A DNA stretch of 63,507 nucleotides, filler included, from Octopus bimaculoides (GCF_001194135.2; 6 parts of 6 records of this genome joined end to end with filler, not necessarily neighbours in it), one strand, 5' to 3'; counted from the first letter of the whole stretch, positions 12,935-26,519 are shown. The notes: a model not told the origin generated them from the sequence alone. A program made the numbers and translations.

Positions 12935-13308
12935 GTGTTGAGTGTGAGGCTCCATGTAGGAAGATGGATAGAGGCATAACGTCACCATCACTAATGATCA
13001 CTCCAAACATCATGATGTTGACTGGATATTTGTTTTTATCACTCTTGGTACATGCATTGTCCTCAGATTGCCACCTAAATGCTTTGAAATGCTTGTATTG
13101 GAGCTTCTGGTGTGAATGCCAAGCAGTACAGCATGTTGTCTCCAAATTTCTGGCAGAGTGAATTGTGTCATGGTGCTGTTTTTCTCACAGACAGTGCCCA
13201 ACTGACCCTACTATACTATGTAGTCGACGAAATCAAAAGCAAACAATGTGCATGAACGAAATTACAAGTGCAAAATGGTAACAATTTATCCACCACACAT
13301 TGTGTATA
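12935..13308 (-). mobile_element. DD37D (maT-like) transposon fragment
   Basis: KYPVNIMMFGVIISDGDVMP matches KFPATVMLLGVVNNEGHVMP of 17210-18110. Confidence 0.7.
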
Positions 13309-13719
13309 TTTATATATATTTGTGTGTGTACGTGTGTGTGTGTGTGTGTGTGTGTATAATATACATAGACCATAAAATCTGAGGAAGTAAGAAGGTAAGA
13401 GAGGTGAATATATTTATTAAACTACTTGATATCTTTAGGAGGAGTATGGCCATTTCACAGCCTTCATCATGTTGTAATTATTTTAATGTCTGATAATTTA
13501 TTCTACATGTCTACACCAATATCCATGTTACTCGTTGCACAGTGCTATTGTGCATTTACAAACCAAAGCAGATATAGAAGGCTCGCTCTTCAGATCACCA
13601 CAAACATCATGGTTACACCAATGCTTCATAATATATAAACGTATATACATAAAGGTATGGGGCTTAGTGGTTAGGGTATTTGGCTCATGATGATAAGGGC
13701 ATGAGTATGATATCCAGCA

Positions 13720-13921
13720 GTGGAGGCGCAATGGCCCAGTGGTTAGGGCAGCGGACTCGCAGTCATAGGATCGCGGTTTCGATTCCCAGACTGGGCGTTG
13801 TGAGTGTTTATTGAGCGAAAACACCTAAAGCTCCACGAGGCTCCGGCAGGGATGGTGGCGAACCCTGCTGTACTCTTCCACCACAACTTTCTCTCACTCT
13901 TACTTCCTGTTTCTGTTGTGC
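13720..13921 (+). mobile_element. SINE family B, 3'-truncated
   Basis: Identical head to 20801. Confidence 0.85.
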
Positions 13922-14758
13922 ATTATTTCCTTCAGCAAGACACTTTATTTCACATTGCTGCAGTCCACCCAGCTGGATTCTTACCTTGTTTGGAACTTGC
14001 TTATGAAAAATATAAAGTGACTGAAAATCCTCCAGATACAAGAACCATTAACATTAAATCCAGAATCATTAGCACTCCTGACAAAATGCTTTTAGGCAAA
14101 GTTTGAAGGGAATAGTAGTCATTTCCTTTGATTTCTAGAAAGAAGCAAATAGGAACTAACACTTACTCACCAAAGACAACAAGCAAATCTGTGGTATTGA
14201 GCAGAATATTTGTTATAACGATATTTCTGCTTCAGCATCTCAGCACTGAATCTGAAATGTAATGGAAAATGGATCGCTTTCAAAATATTGATGTTCAAGT
14301 GACAAAAGCAAAGTTTGAAAGGAATAGTAGTGATTTCCTTTGATTTCTAGATAGATTACACAGTGCAATCTACTCTATAGGCTTCTGAACAATCTCCACC
14401 TTTCCACCACATTCACTTTCATTTACAAGACTCAGGGGCAATAAAATGGAATGTAAAAGGAGGCTGGCCTAAGATGCTATTCATTGTGATTGAACCAGAG
14501 AGCTCATGGTTGTAAAGCAACATTCTTAACCACTCAGCCATATCGTGTCCATTCTTAAATCTATAGATCTGGATTAAAGGAACGATGCTCCTACTACACA
14601 AAGGCCATTATAAGATTAATGATCACGAGTGAGGTACTTTGTGAGAATCTTCTTCCTCTTCTGTGTCTTGGTCTGCAGATTGGATTAACTGGAAGAAGAT
14701 GTATGATCTTGATTGATGTTAGCATCTGTAATTGATATCAAAGAATCTGGTCATATGA

Positions 14759-14807
<49 letters not shown>

Positions 14808-14883
14808 TAGATATAGATATAGATATAAACATACATATATGTAAGTACAAATATATATAAATATGTATGTTAGTATGTACATA

Positions 14884-14919
<36 letters not shown>

Positions 14920-15085
14920 CATGACTGTCTATGTGTGTGTGTGTGTAAATAGCTATAGATGTTTATACACACACACACACACATGTATATTCATATATCT
15001 ATATAAGCATGTATACAATGTGTCCCCAAGCTTTTACTTGCTACATGTAGGATTATGAAATGCAAAACAATGGTCTTTTGGTGCT

Positions 15086-15126
<41 letters not shown>

Positions 15127-16136
15127 CATATATACACACATATATAATTGTTATTATTAGTATTTGTATTGTGTTGTTATTGATTAGTTATTAGTCCAAG
15201 TGTTTTTGAAGTTCTGACACATTATATTCTCTTGACTGGAATACATAATACTTTCTTTCCAAATGCATAAATATTTCTTTGCTAATGTGCTGCACTCTGA
15301 TGCAGACACATAACTTTCATACTAAGCACCAAGTGCTAGTTAAGGTCTGATGCTGCCAGTGGAATCTCATACGCAGAACGGATATGATTTATGTCAGGAA
15401 ATTACAAGGAATTACTTGAATAAATTGATGTCTTTTCACAGTAATTTTATGTGCTTTGGGTGCTGGTGAAGTTAAGCAGTACTGATGTCTAATTTTGTTA
15501 AAAGACTAAAAAGATGGAATCGTAGTTATTATTCTGGATTCTTACCGACAGTAAGCTATAATTCGTTGCTTTAATCACATTGTAAGGTTTGTTCTAGAAT
15601 TTCTGAATGTAAGTAGCTCCGATAATTCTGTTGATATCTGTAAACAAATATAATGAATAAGTTTATTCTGTTCTGTATTCTAAGTTCAGAATATTCTAAA
15701 GATATAGGAATTGCAATGTATATTGCTGTACAATTTATTATAACCATTTTCACTATTCGGTGAAAAGATTGGTGTGATTTTACAGAATGCCAATTTAGAA
15801 AAATTATTTGGTTTTATTGTTTGCTAAAACCCAAAAGAGTGACACAGGCTGTTTGTCTATCCAAATTACTCACAAGGCTTGGATTAGCCTGAAATTGTAG
15901 TAAAAGACCTCCCACCCCTCTGCCAATCAACATGTTTCCATGTGAGGTAGCAATCTCAAGACTATTGAACAACAAATTGCATGGATATGTTTCATACAGA
16001 GAACTAGAAACAAAGAACACTGTATGAATGAAATTTTGAGGAATATATATATGTGTGTGTGTGTGTATGTATATATATATATATATATATATAAATATGT
16101 GTGTGTGTGTGTNNNNNNNNNNATATATATATATAA

Positions 16137-16187
<51 letters not shown>

Positions 16188-16389
16188 GTCATCCTATTGA
16201 TATCGACTGGTGATATAAATATATTCATCTCATATCTCCTGGCTTTCTCTATATTCTGTATATATCTACATGAAATAACCTTCACTGATTGGATTTACTG
16301 CATTTCAACTGCATAGGACTACACATTACACTCCTTTGTTTGCATTTACTATGAGCATTTTTGTGATTACTACTAGATTATATCAATCA

Positions 16390-16471
<82 letters not shown>

Positions 16472-17209
16472 NNNNNNNNNNNNNNNNNNNNNNNNNNNNN
16501 NNNNNNNNNNNNNNNNNNNNNNNNNNNNNNNNNNNNNNNNNNNNNNNNNNNNNNNNNNNNNNNNNNNNNNNNNNNNNNNNNNNNNNNNNNNNNNNNNNNN
16601 NNNNNNNNNNNNNNNNNNNNNNNNNNNNNNNNNNNNNNNNNNNNNNNNNNNNNNNNNNNNNNNNNNNNNNNNNNNNNNNNNNNNNNNNNNNNNNNNNNNN
16701 NNNNNNNNNNNNNNNNNNNNNNNNNNNNNNNNNNNNNNNNNNNNNNNNNNNNNNNNNNNNNNNNNNNNNNNNNNNNNNNNNNNNNNNNNNNNNNNNNNNN
16801 NNNNNNNNNNNNNNNNNNNNNNNNNNNNNNNNNNNNNNNNNNNNNNNNNNNNNNNNNNNNNNNNNNNNNNNNNNNNNNNNNNNNNNNNNNNNNNNNNNNN
16901 NNNNNNNNNNNNNNNNNNNNNNNNNNNNNNNNNNNNNNNNNNNNNNNNNNNNNNNNNNNNNNNNNNNNNNNNNNNNNNNNNNNNNNNNNNNNNNNNNNNN
17001 NNNNNNNNNNNNNNNNNNNNNNNNNNNNNNNNNNNNNNNNNNNNNNNNNNNNNNNNNNNNNNNNNNNNNNNNNNNNNNNNNNNNNNNNNNNNNNNNNNNN
17101 NNNNNNNNNNNNNNNNNNNNNNNNNNNNNNNNNNNNNNNNNNNNNNNNNNNNNNNNNNNNNNNNNNNNNNNNNNNNNNNNNNNNNNNNNNNNNNNNNNNN
17201 NNNNNNGTA

Positions 17210-18110
17210 AGATATTTGAGGACAGATTTATGTTTATAAAAAAACAGATATATAATAACAGATAATAACATGATTTATCAAAAAATGCAATGAGGATAAA
17301 AATAAACCTTCTTTTCTATAATGTTATTCGATAAAGCCACCTTCAGCTTCAACAACTGCTTCTATATGAGATCTAAATCCTCTACATTCTCGAATCAAAT
17401 GGTCCTGGTTCATTTTGGACTATGGCAGCTTTCAAAGAATCTTTGGTGTTATGAGCGTGTTCATTGACCCCTCTCTCAACAATGCTCCGCATGTAATAGT
17501 CCAATGGATTGAGATCTGGGGAATTAGGAGGCCAAATGTCAGGGGGTTATGTGATCATGAAAATTTTCTACCATCCATTCATGTGTTACTAGAGCCATGT
17601 GTGATAATGCAGAGTCTTACTGGAACACATATGGCCTTCCATTGCATACACTGTCTATCCAGGGTTTAACAATTATTTCCAGAACCTCAATGTTGGCGGC
17701 AGAGTTAATTCTAAAGCCTTTTGGAAAGAAGTAGGAGAGGCATCACGTGTCCTTCATTGTTGACAACCCCTAAAAGCATGACAGTTGCAGGAAATTTTGT
17801 ATGCGTAACACTTGGAACTTCAGAAGGCTCTGCACATAACCATCTGTTGTTTCTTCTGTTAACTTTTTGATCTTGGTCGAAGTTTTTCTTATTTGAGAAA
17901 AACCAAATCAAATCCTCTTCTGCTGAATTTTTCAGTTTGTTTAAGAGCCTTTTAGATCTGATGCAGTGATTTTCTTTTGCCTTTTCTGATCAATTAACCT
18001 TTCCTCATCATATAAGACTTATATCTGATGTCTTCGTGGACAACATTTCTAATTGTTCCTTTTGACACATGGAAATCTTTTGAAATTGACCTCATGTGGT
18101 GTTCTCACTA
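17210..18110 (-). mobile_element. DD37D (maT/Bmmar1-like) transposon remnant
   Basis: RPYVFQ*DSA...WPPNSPDLNPLDY; 37 residues between the D residues after correcting one frameshift. Confidence 0.85.
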
Positions 18111-18689
18111 CATATATATATATATATATATATTATTATTATTATTATTATTATATTATATTATATTTATCTTATGATATTTACTTTACTTTATATTATA
18201 CTCATTTATTGTGCTTTTAATTATTAATTTTTCTATATGTGATAGTGAATTTTCATCGATGAGTTCTTGAAACTTGGTTATTTTCCCTAAAACTATATAT
18301 TTTATATATAAAGCTCAATTTAATTTTAATTTTTTATAAATTGATTTTAATTGAGTTTTTACCTGTAATTTTGGATTTTGTCCNNNNNNNNNNNNNNNNN
18401 NNNNNNNNNNNNNNNNNNNNNNNNNNNTTAATTAATTAANNNNNNNNNNNNNNNNNNNNNNNNNNNNNNNNNNNNNNNNNNNNGCAGTATTTTATCTGTC
18501 TTTACGTTCTGAGTTCAAATTCCGCCGAAGTCAACTTTGCCTTTCATCCTTTTGGGGTCGATAAATTAAATACCAGTTTCGTACTGGTGTCAATCTAATG
18601 ACTGCCCCCCCCTCCCCAAAAATTTCGGGCCATGTGCCTAGAGTAAAAAAGTATATAAATATATATAGACATATACATATTTTTTTTAA

Positions 18690-18990
18690 TGTTAAGTCTA
18701 GTACTTATTCTATCAGTCTTTTTTGCCAAACTGCTAAGTTACGGGGATGTAAACACACCAACATTGGTTGTCAAGCAGTGGTGGGGGATAGACAGAAAGA
18801 CACTCACACACACACACGTACATGACAAGCTTCTTTCAGTTTCCTTCTACCAAACCCACTCACAAGGCTTTGATTGACCTGAGATTACAGTAGAAGATAC
18901 TTGCCCAAAGGTGTCACGCTGTGGGACTGAACCTGGAACCCTGTGGTTGGGAAGCAAGCATCTTACCACACAGTCATATCTGCACCTATG
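18690..18990 (-). mobile_element. SINE family A
   Basis: Reverse complement of consensus, CpG-decayed. Confidence 0.85.
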
Positions 18991-19321
18991 CATTACCTCA
19001 CAGATCCATGGCTACTAATCTCTTGCACCCCAGGAAGGTGTAGTTGATCCTGCATTGCCAAAGTTTGATATTCGATGCAGCTCGTATTGACATAAGCATG
19101 TTCAAGGTGAAAATGTATACACATATATATATATACACACCCAGCAAGTGTGGTGGGAAATGTAATGATATACATACTGCGGTATACTGGCTTAGGTCAT
19201 CATCAGATCATGTTATTAGTCTGATAACTGTGAGATTTACTCACGAGTTGGGTTGCTTCTACCCTATTGTACCTCTCCATGGGTCAGCAGTAAATCCCCT
19301 ATATATATGTGTGTGTGTGTA

Positions 19322-19398
<77 letters not shown>

Positions 19399-19408
19399 NN
19401 NNNNNNNN

Positions 19409-19439
<31 letters not shown>

Positions 19440-19526
19440 GGAGAATTCACAAAAAAAAAAAGACAAAGACAGGTGGTGTAGAAAACAAATAGATGTATTA
19501 GTATAACGCTTGGGAATTGAAAAAAT

Positions 19527-19562
19527 CTTTAATGTTTCGAACCTACGCTCTTCCACAGAAAG
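19527..19562 (-). ncRNA. Degenerate hammerhead-like motif (CUGUGGA core) in PLE-end family 2
   Basis: cttt CTGTGGA a gagc-gtag-gttc GAAAC ATT aaag; homologous to 42636-42672. Confidence 0.5.
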
Positions 19563-19617
19563 GAACACAGAAACAAGGAGAGAAAAAAAATGTGTAGTGG
19601 CTAGCGATCTATCATGG

Positions 19618-19659
<42 letters not shown>

Positions 19660-20695
19660 CAGTTGAATAAATTAAACCCCAGTGCTTATTTTCTAAGCCT
19701 GGTATTTGTGCCAAACCACTGAGTTATGGGGACATAAACAAACCAACACAATTTGTCGAGTGGTGATGGAGACACACATTACATATGTATACACACGCAA
19801 TGGGTTTCTTTCACTTTCTGTCTGTCAAATCCACTTACAAGTGGATTATAGTAGTAGACACTTGCCCAAGGTGCTACACAGTGAGATTGAACCTGGAACT
19901 AACTTTGCCCTGAAGCAAACTTCTTACAACATAACCATGCCTGCACCTATATATATGTGCATGCGCGCGCGTGTGTATCATCATCATCATCATCATTATC
20001 ATTTAATGCCTATTTTCCATGCTTGCAAGGAATGGATGGTTTAATAGAAAATTGCCACCTGAAGAGCCGTCTGGGCTCCATGTCTGTTTTTGGCATACCC
20101 TTCCTAATGCCAACCACTTTACAGAGTGTACTGGATGCTTATATGCAACCCTGGCATGGGTGCTTTTTACATGGTAGCAGCACCCCTGAGCCTGCATGAT
20201 TAGGATCACTCAGCTGAAGAGGGATGTAGGGGACATTCCTGCTTGCATGGATGGCCATGATTTTACTTAGTTTGACATCTCTTCTCAGGCTCGGTCCCTT
20301 GTCGTCCCCTCCGTGAGGCCCAACACCTGAAGATATACACTCACATTTGGCTGAATGCACCCAGTCCAGTCTTATTTAATCAGACAAAGTTTGACCAAGT
20401 CATATATATAGTATAGAGCAATTTCTCAAATAGAATATACAGCCTGTATAATGTAATATATTACAATTACAAGTCCCTTAACCCCTTGGGGCACTGCAGC
20501 CATGCAGTGTATCTTGGGTGAGAAAGCCTGGCGGAGCCCATCCCTCTCCAGGCTAAACTCATTTCTGCAGCTGAGTGGACTGGAGTAATGTGAAATGAAG
20601 TGTTTTACTCAATCTGTTGTTCTGTATTTAAGAGATGAGGAATTATTTACATTATTTACATTTGACAGATATTTGTCCTCATCTTGTTTGTTGTT

Positions 20696-20741
20696 AACAC
20701 AACATTTCAGCTGATATACCCTCCAGCCTTCATCAGGTGTC
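20696..20741 (-). ncRNA. Minimal type I hammerhead motif, CpG-decayed
   Basis: gacac CTGATGA a ggctg-10nt-cagcT GAAA T GTT gtgtt; two CG-to-TG changes relative to 43461-43506. Confidence 0.7.
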
Positions 20742-20800
20742 TTAGAGAAATTTCGAACCCGGGTTCTCATTCCTAAGGTATTTTTTGATGTTGTAGTTGT

Positions 20801-21378
20801 TATTATCATAGTGGAGGCGCAATGGCCCAGTGGTTAGGGCAGCGGACTCGCGGTCATAGGATCGCGGTTTCGATTCCCAGACTGGGCGTTGTGAGTATTT
20901 ATTGAGCGAAAACACCTAAAGCTCCACGAGGCTCTGGCAGGGGATGGTGGCGAACCCTGCTGTACTCTTTCACCACAACTTTCTCTCACTCTTACTTCCT
21001 GTTTCTGTTGTGCCTGTAATTCAAAGGGTCAGCCTCGTCACACTGTGTCATGCTGAATATCCCCTAGAACTACGTTAAGGGTACACGTGTCTGTGGAGTG
21101 CTCAGCCACTTGCACGTTAATTTCACGAGCAGGCTGTTCNNNNNNNNNNACCACAACTTTCTCTCACTCTTACTTCCTGTTTCTGTTGTGCCTGTAATTC
21201 AAAGGGTCAGCCTCGTCACACTGTGTCATGCTGAATATCCCCTAGAACTACGTTAAGGGTACACGTGTCTGTGGAGTGCTCAGCCACTTGCACGTTAATT
21301 TCACGAGCAGGCTGTTCCGTTGATTGGATCAACTGGAACCCTCGACGTCGTAAGCGACGGAGTGCCAACAACAACAAC
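20801..21378 (+). mobile_element. SINE family B with (CAA)n tail, inserted into the PLE microsatellite
   Basis: TSD-like agttgttattat at 20785-20796 and 21379-21390; internal duplication across a 10-N gap is probably an assembly artefact. Confidence 0.9.
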
Positions 21379-21414
21379 AGTTGTTATTATTATTATTATT
21401 ACTATTATTATTCA

Positions 21415-21487
21415 GGTCACTGCCTGGAATCAAACTCGGAATCTTGGGGTTAGTAGCCTGCGCTCTTAACCACTACACCATATGCCC
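21415..21487 (-). other. 73-nt tRNA-like sequence (repeat-borne, not a functional tRNA call)
   Basis: gggcatatggtgtagtggttaagagcgcaggctactaaccccaagattccgagtttgattccaggcagtgacc. Confidence 0.75.
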
Positions 21488-22001
21488 ACATTCAATTTGT
21501 TCTGTTCTTGATTAAAAAAACTTAATTTCACAATCTTATTGCCGTGAATCAGGCACCCTAATCGCTAAGCCACAGGCCTCCACATAATATATATACAACC
21601 TGTATAATGAATTATAATATATATCCTGCATATTTTCACATATTTTAAGGGTTTCAATTTTCTGGTTTCTTTTTTTTTGAGGTAGTGGGTTTAAGACCGT
21701 ACATAATATATTTATATGTGTATATATCTGCATGCGCGTGCACGTGTGTAAATTGTAAAGTGAGTTTAAGGATAGCAAATGGCATATTCAAACAAACTGT
21801 TTGAATAAGCTGTCAGGTGTAACTTAAAACTCGCAATCAAAATGAGCGTGGCTGTGTGGTAAGAAGTTTGCTTCCCAGCCACGTGATTCCAGGTTCAGTC
21901 CCACTATGTGTCACCACGGGTAAGTGCCTTCTGATGTAGCCTCAGGTTGACCAAAGCCTTGTGAGTGGATTTGGCTGATGGAAATTAAAAGAAGCCCATT
22001 T

Positions 22002-22042
<41 letters not shown>

Positions 22043-23180
22043 GAGAGCTCTTACCCCTGCTGGCGACAAAGGGACTCTCACTCAGAGTAAAAGGCAGACT
22101 GTATGACGCATGCGTACGAACAGCCATGCTACATGGCAGTGAAACATGGGCTGTAACTGCTGAGGACATACGTAAGCTCGCAAGGAATGAAGCCAGTATG
22201 CTCCGTTGGATGTGTAATGTCAATGTGAATACCCGTCAGAGTGTAAGTATCTTGAGAGAAAAGCTGAACATTAGAAGCATCAGTTGTGGTGTGCAAGAGA
22301 GACGATTGCGCTGNNNNNNNNNNNNNNNNNNNNNNNNNNNNNNNNNNNNNNNNNNNNNNNNNNNNNNNNNNNNNNNNNNNNNNNNNNNNNNNNNNNNNNN
22401 NNNNNNNNNNNNNNNNNNNNNNNNNNNNNNNNNNNNNNNNNNNNNNNNNNNNNNNNNNNNNNNNNNNNNNNNNNNNNNNNNNNNNNNNNNNNNNNNNNNN
22501 NNNNNNNNNNNNNNNNNNNNNNNNNNNNNNNNNNNNNNNNNNNNNNNNNNNNNNNNNNNNNNNNNNNNNNNNNNNNNNNNNNNNNNNNNNNNNNNNNNNN
22601 NNNNNNNNNNNNNNNNNNNNNNNNNNNNNNNNNNNNNNNNNNNNNNNNNNNNNNNNNNNNNNNNNNNNNNNNNNNNNNNNNNNNNNNNNNNNNNNNNNNN
22701 NNNNNNNNNNNNNNNNNNNNNNNNNNNNNNNNNNNNNNNNNNNNNNNNNNNNNNNNNNNNNNNNNNNNNNNNNNNNNNNNNNNNNNNNNNNNNNNNNNNN
22801 NNNNNNNNNNNNNNNNNNNNNGTGCGGGTGGCACATGAGATGCACCATTTTGAGCCTGGCCGTTGCCAGTACCGCCTGACTGGCTCCCGTAGGATTTTCG
22901 AGCGAGATCGTTGCCAGTGCCCCTGGACTGGCTTGTGCGGGTGGCACATAAAAGACACCATTTCGAGCGTGGCCGTTTTCGTGCGGGTGACATGTAAAAG
23001 CACCCACTACACTCTCTGAGTGGTTGGCGTTAGGAAGGGCATCCAGCTGTAGAAACTCTGCCAAATTAGATTGGAGCCTGGTGTTGCCATCCGGTTTCAC
23101 CAGTCCTCAGTCAAATCGTCCAACCCATGCTAGCATGGAAAGCGGACGTTAAACGATGATGATGATGATGATGATGATGA
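22043..23180 (+). mobile_element. RTE-clade LINE 3' portion (RT C-terminus, gap, 3' UTR, (GAT)n tail)
   Basis: ELLPLLATKGLSLRVKGRLYDACVRTAMLHGSETW..RWMC..RRLRW, open up to the gap. Confidence 0.88.
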
Positions 23181-23811
23181 TATATATGAATAGATAGATA
23201 TGTATGTGTATATCTATGTGATTGTGTTTGTTCCCCCCTGCTTGATAACCAGGTTTGGTTTATTTATACCCTTGTAAAAGAAACCAATAAAATAAGTGTT
23301 AGGTTTGATTCATTCAAGTAAAACCTTTGAAAGCAATATCCCAGTTTGGTCATAGTCCATTGACTGAAACACATAAGAGATAAAAGATATATATGATATA
23401 TACATACATACATACATACATATATATATNNNNNNNNNNTATATATGTGTGTGTGTGTGTGTGAATACACATACATATATATAGACACACACACACACAC
23501 ATATATATATATAAACATATATAATATACATAATTGGCAGAGAGAGAGAGTGATGTATTTACACACATTACATTCACCCACCCACACACATGCATGTTCC
23601 TATTCATATATAACTAAACATGGATGTATACAAACAAAAACTGTGATCTGCTTTCTTCTTTTATATATATATATATATAATTTTGTTTAAAAGAGTTCCA
23701 ACACTGTCTGTNNNNNNNNNNNNNNNNNNNNNNNNNNNNNNNNNNNNNNNNNNNNNNNNNNNNNNNNNNNNNNNNNNNNNNNNNNNNNNNNNNNNNNNNN
23801 NNNNNNNNNNN

Positions 23812-23848
<37 letters not shown>

Positions 23849-24278
23849 ATATATATATATGGATACACGCACACAAACATATATAGACATTATATATATG
23901 TAAGCATGTATATATGTATGTGAGTGTGTGTACGTATGTATGTATAAAAAAAGACAGACAGACAGACAGATAGATAGATGGGATAGTCATGGTTGGAACA
24001 TCTGTGATCATCTGCTTGTTGGGTTAAATAACAATATAGTTTATTCCCGACAAAGGTTATGAGTGTACGTGAGCATGTGTGCATGTTTGTGTGTGTGTGT
24101 GTGTGTGAATGCCTGTGCATGTGTATATGTACAGATACACATGTGTGTGAATGAATGTGTATTTATATATATATGTGTGTGTATGCTTATGTGCCTGCAT
24201 GCATGAGTGATCAGATGTGTATGTGTCTTTCTTGGTCTGCAAGTGAAAGACTATGTTTGTATGTAATAGTGTTATTTG

Positions 24279-24320
<42 letters not shown>

Positions 24321-25119
24321 ATGTGTACGTGTGTGATGGTAATGGCTGCCGCTTCCTTACAGAGCTTGGCTTTTTATTGTACCTATAAGGGCTCCTTCCT
24401 AGCATAAGATCTTAAATGAAAGACATTTGAAGAGCTGATCATAAATATTGTGTGCATAGGACGAGGAGGAGGAGGAAAAGGAGACCCCCTTCGGTCATGA
24501 CTGACCATGGGATTGCACCTAGAAAGTTACCCTCCGAGGCACAAGTCCGGGCAAGGTCGTTTATGGAAGACCAGCAGTCACCCATGCACACCAGCCTCCC
24601 CCTCTCCATGCCACTGATGTTATCCAAAGGAAAGGCAAAGGCTGATACAGCTTGGCACCAGGGATGACATCGCAACTCATTTCTACAGCTGAGTGAACTG
24701 GAGCAACGTGAAATAAAGAGTCTTGCTCAAGAACACAACACACAACCCAGTCCAGGAATCGAACTCACAACCTGACGATCATAAGCTCGATGCACTAACC
24801 ACCATCACATCATCATTGTTTAATATCTACTTTCGATGCTAGCATGGGTTGGATGGTTTGACATGGAGCTGGTATGCTGGAAGGCTGCACCAGACTCCAG
24901 TCTGATTTGGCATGGTGTTCTATGGCTGGATACCCTTCCTAATGCCGACCAGCCCAAGAGTGTAATGAGTGCTTTTACGTGCCATTTGCCTGACACCAGG
25001 GTGCGTTTACGTGCCACCAGCATGGATGCCAATTTGCGTGACACTGGTATCTGCTATGACTGTGATTTTGATCAGCAGAGAGCGAGAGAGAGAAAGACAG
25101 AGAAAGATAGATAGATAGG

Positions 25120-25174
<55 letters not shown>

Positions 25175-26272
25175 GTAGACAAATTCACATATATGCACAC
25201 ACAGAGCTAGGGCAACCAAATGCTCAATTAATTGTCTTCATGCTCTAATTAACATCTGAAGCTAAGAGCAATTAAGTCATTAACACTCTCTACATTTATT
25301 TATTTGAGGCTGAGGCTGCACGCCATAAAGTACTCAATTATCTAACAGAATATATTATATTCAAAGTATGTGTGGGGGCGGGGCACCTCTCCATGGTTGT
25401 ACTTAGAGAAAATGGGGCAGTTTTCATGACCTTCATTAGACGACGCTCCCAGACTGTGGTGGTGGTGGTGGTGGGAGCTCAATGTAACCAGTAACATCAA
25501 TAGGTCAATGGTTGCAGTGGAGGGGGTGTGGGGCGAGGGAACCTGGGTGTTTGTGAAGTTTAAATAAACACTAGTAGAGACCCTGACTAACTTTCAACTA
25601 TCTAAAACGGCGGTTCTCAATCACAGATCCCAGGGTTGTATGCAACGCTTAAGCATCCTTCCAACTGGGGCACAGCCTTCAGTTGAACAAATCGACCCCA
25701 GGACTTATTCTTTGTAAGCTTAGTACTTATTCTATCGGTCTCTTCTGTCAAACTGCTAAGTTACGGGGACCAAACACAGACGCACATACAAATATATACA
25801 TACATACAAACATATATATATATAACAATTGCAGCGTGGAAGGTGTTTATGAGCCATTTAAAATAACACACAAAATCCGTTAGATTCACTTCAACATTTA
25901 AATTTAATTTGTCAAAATATTTTCGTCGCTTTGAGACCGCGACCTGTTTACTGACAAAATTCTGTGCTGCATCTGATGCTCAGANNNNNNNNNNNNNNNN
26001 NNNNNNNNNNNNNNNNNNNNNNNNNNNNTTAATTAATTAANNNNNNNNNNNNNNNNNNNNNNNNNNNNNNNNNNNNNNNNNNNNTATATATATATATATA
26101 TATTAAATATGGGGGTTTAGTTCACAAATATCCAAAACAGACAGGTGTGCCGGGAAAATTTGTGAACGTTTATATACTTTTTCCTGTTCCTCTTTTTTCT
26201 ACCTCTCTCTATTTCTTTATTTCTCCAGTCCTATACTCCACCTATACCCTTTCACTTTCTCACCAGCTGTTT

Positions 26273-26323
26273 CCGATGATGGGATATTCCACATGTTTTT
26301 GGGATATCCCAGAAACAGCTGTA
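26273..26323 (+). ncRNA. Degenerate hammerhead-like motif, PLE-end family 3
   Basis: CCGATGA tgggatat-loop-gatatccca GAAAC agct GTA; homologous to 50231-50278. Confidence 0.45.
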
Positions 26324-26421
26324 TGATTTACAAATTGTTTAATAATTTCTAATAATAATAATGATAGTAGCATATGAGACTTGTGATGTCTTGCTTTGGT
26401 GATTGTTATCCTTTGTAACAA

Positions 26422-26519
<98 letters not shown>

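Larger units (their letters stand above)
20615..21487 (-). mobile_element. PLE-derived tRNA-like + (AAT)n + hammerhead cassette, interrupted by SINE B
   Basis: Colinear with 43415-43670; homology stops near the tRNA-like 5' end. Confidence 0.85.

Noticed and set aside
11868-13161. Long ORFs of 200-400 aa in the track (also near 16-17, 22-23, 34-35, 50-51 and 54-56 kb)
   Set aside because: They are open only because they run through N gaps and (TA)n tracts
15546-15637. Minus-strand exon-like segment containing KATNYSLL, reminiscent of a 2A peptide
   Set aside because: Stops in all frames of the 92-bp version, and no D(V/I)ExNPGP motif
18255-18290. cgatgagttcttgaaacttggtt (also near 10118) as a hammerhead
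   Set aside because: Core incomplete, with no convincing stem I or stem II; the half motif at about 4585-4603 also lacks the CUGANGA side
18428-18439. TTAATTAATTAA inside gaps, also at 26029, 35976, 43906 and 51862
   Set aside because: Always 44 N + 12 + 44 N = 100 bp, with stops in all six frames: an artificial scaffolding spacer
21151-21320. Exact 170-bp duplication within SINE B
   Set aside because: Identical copies either side of a 10-N gap; probable contig-overlap artefact
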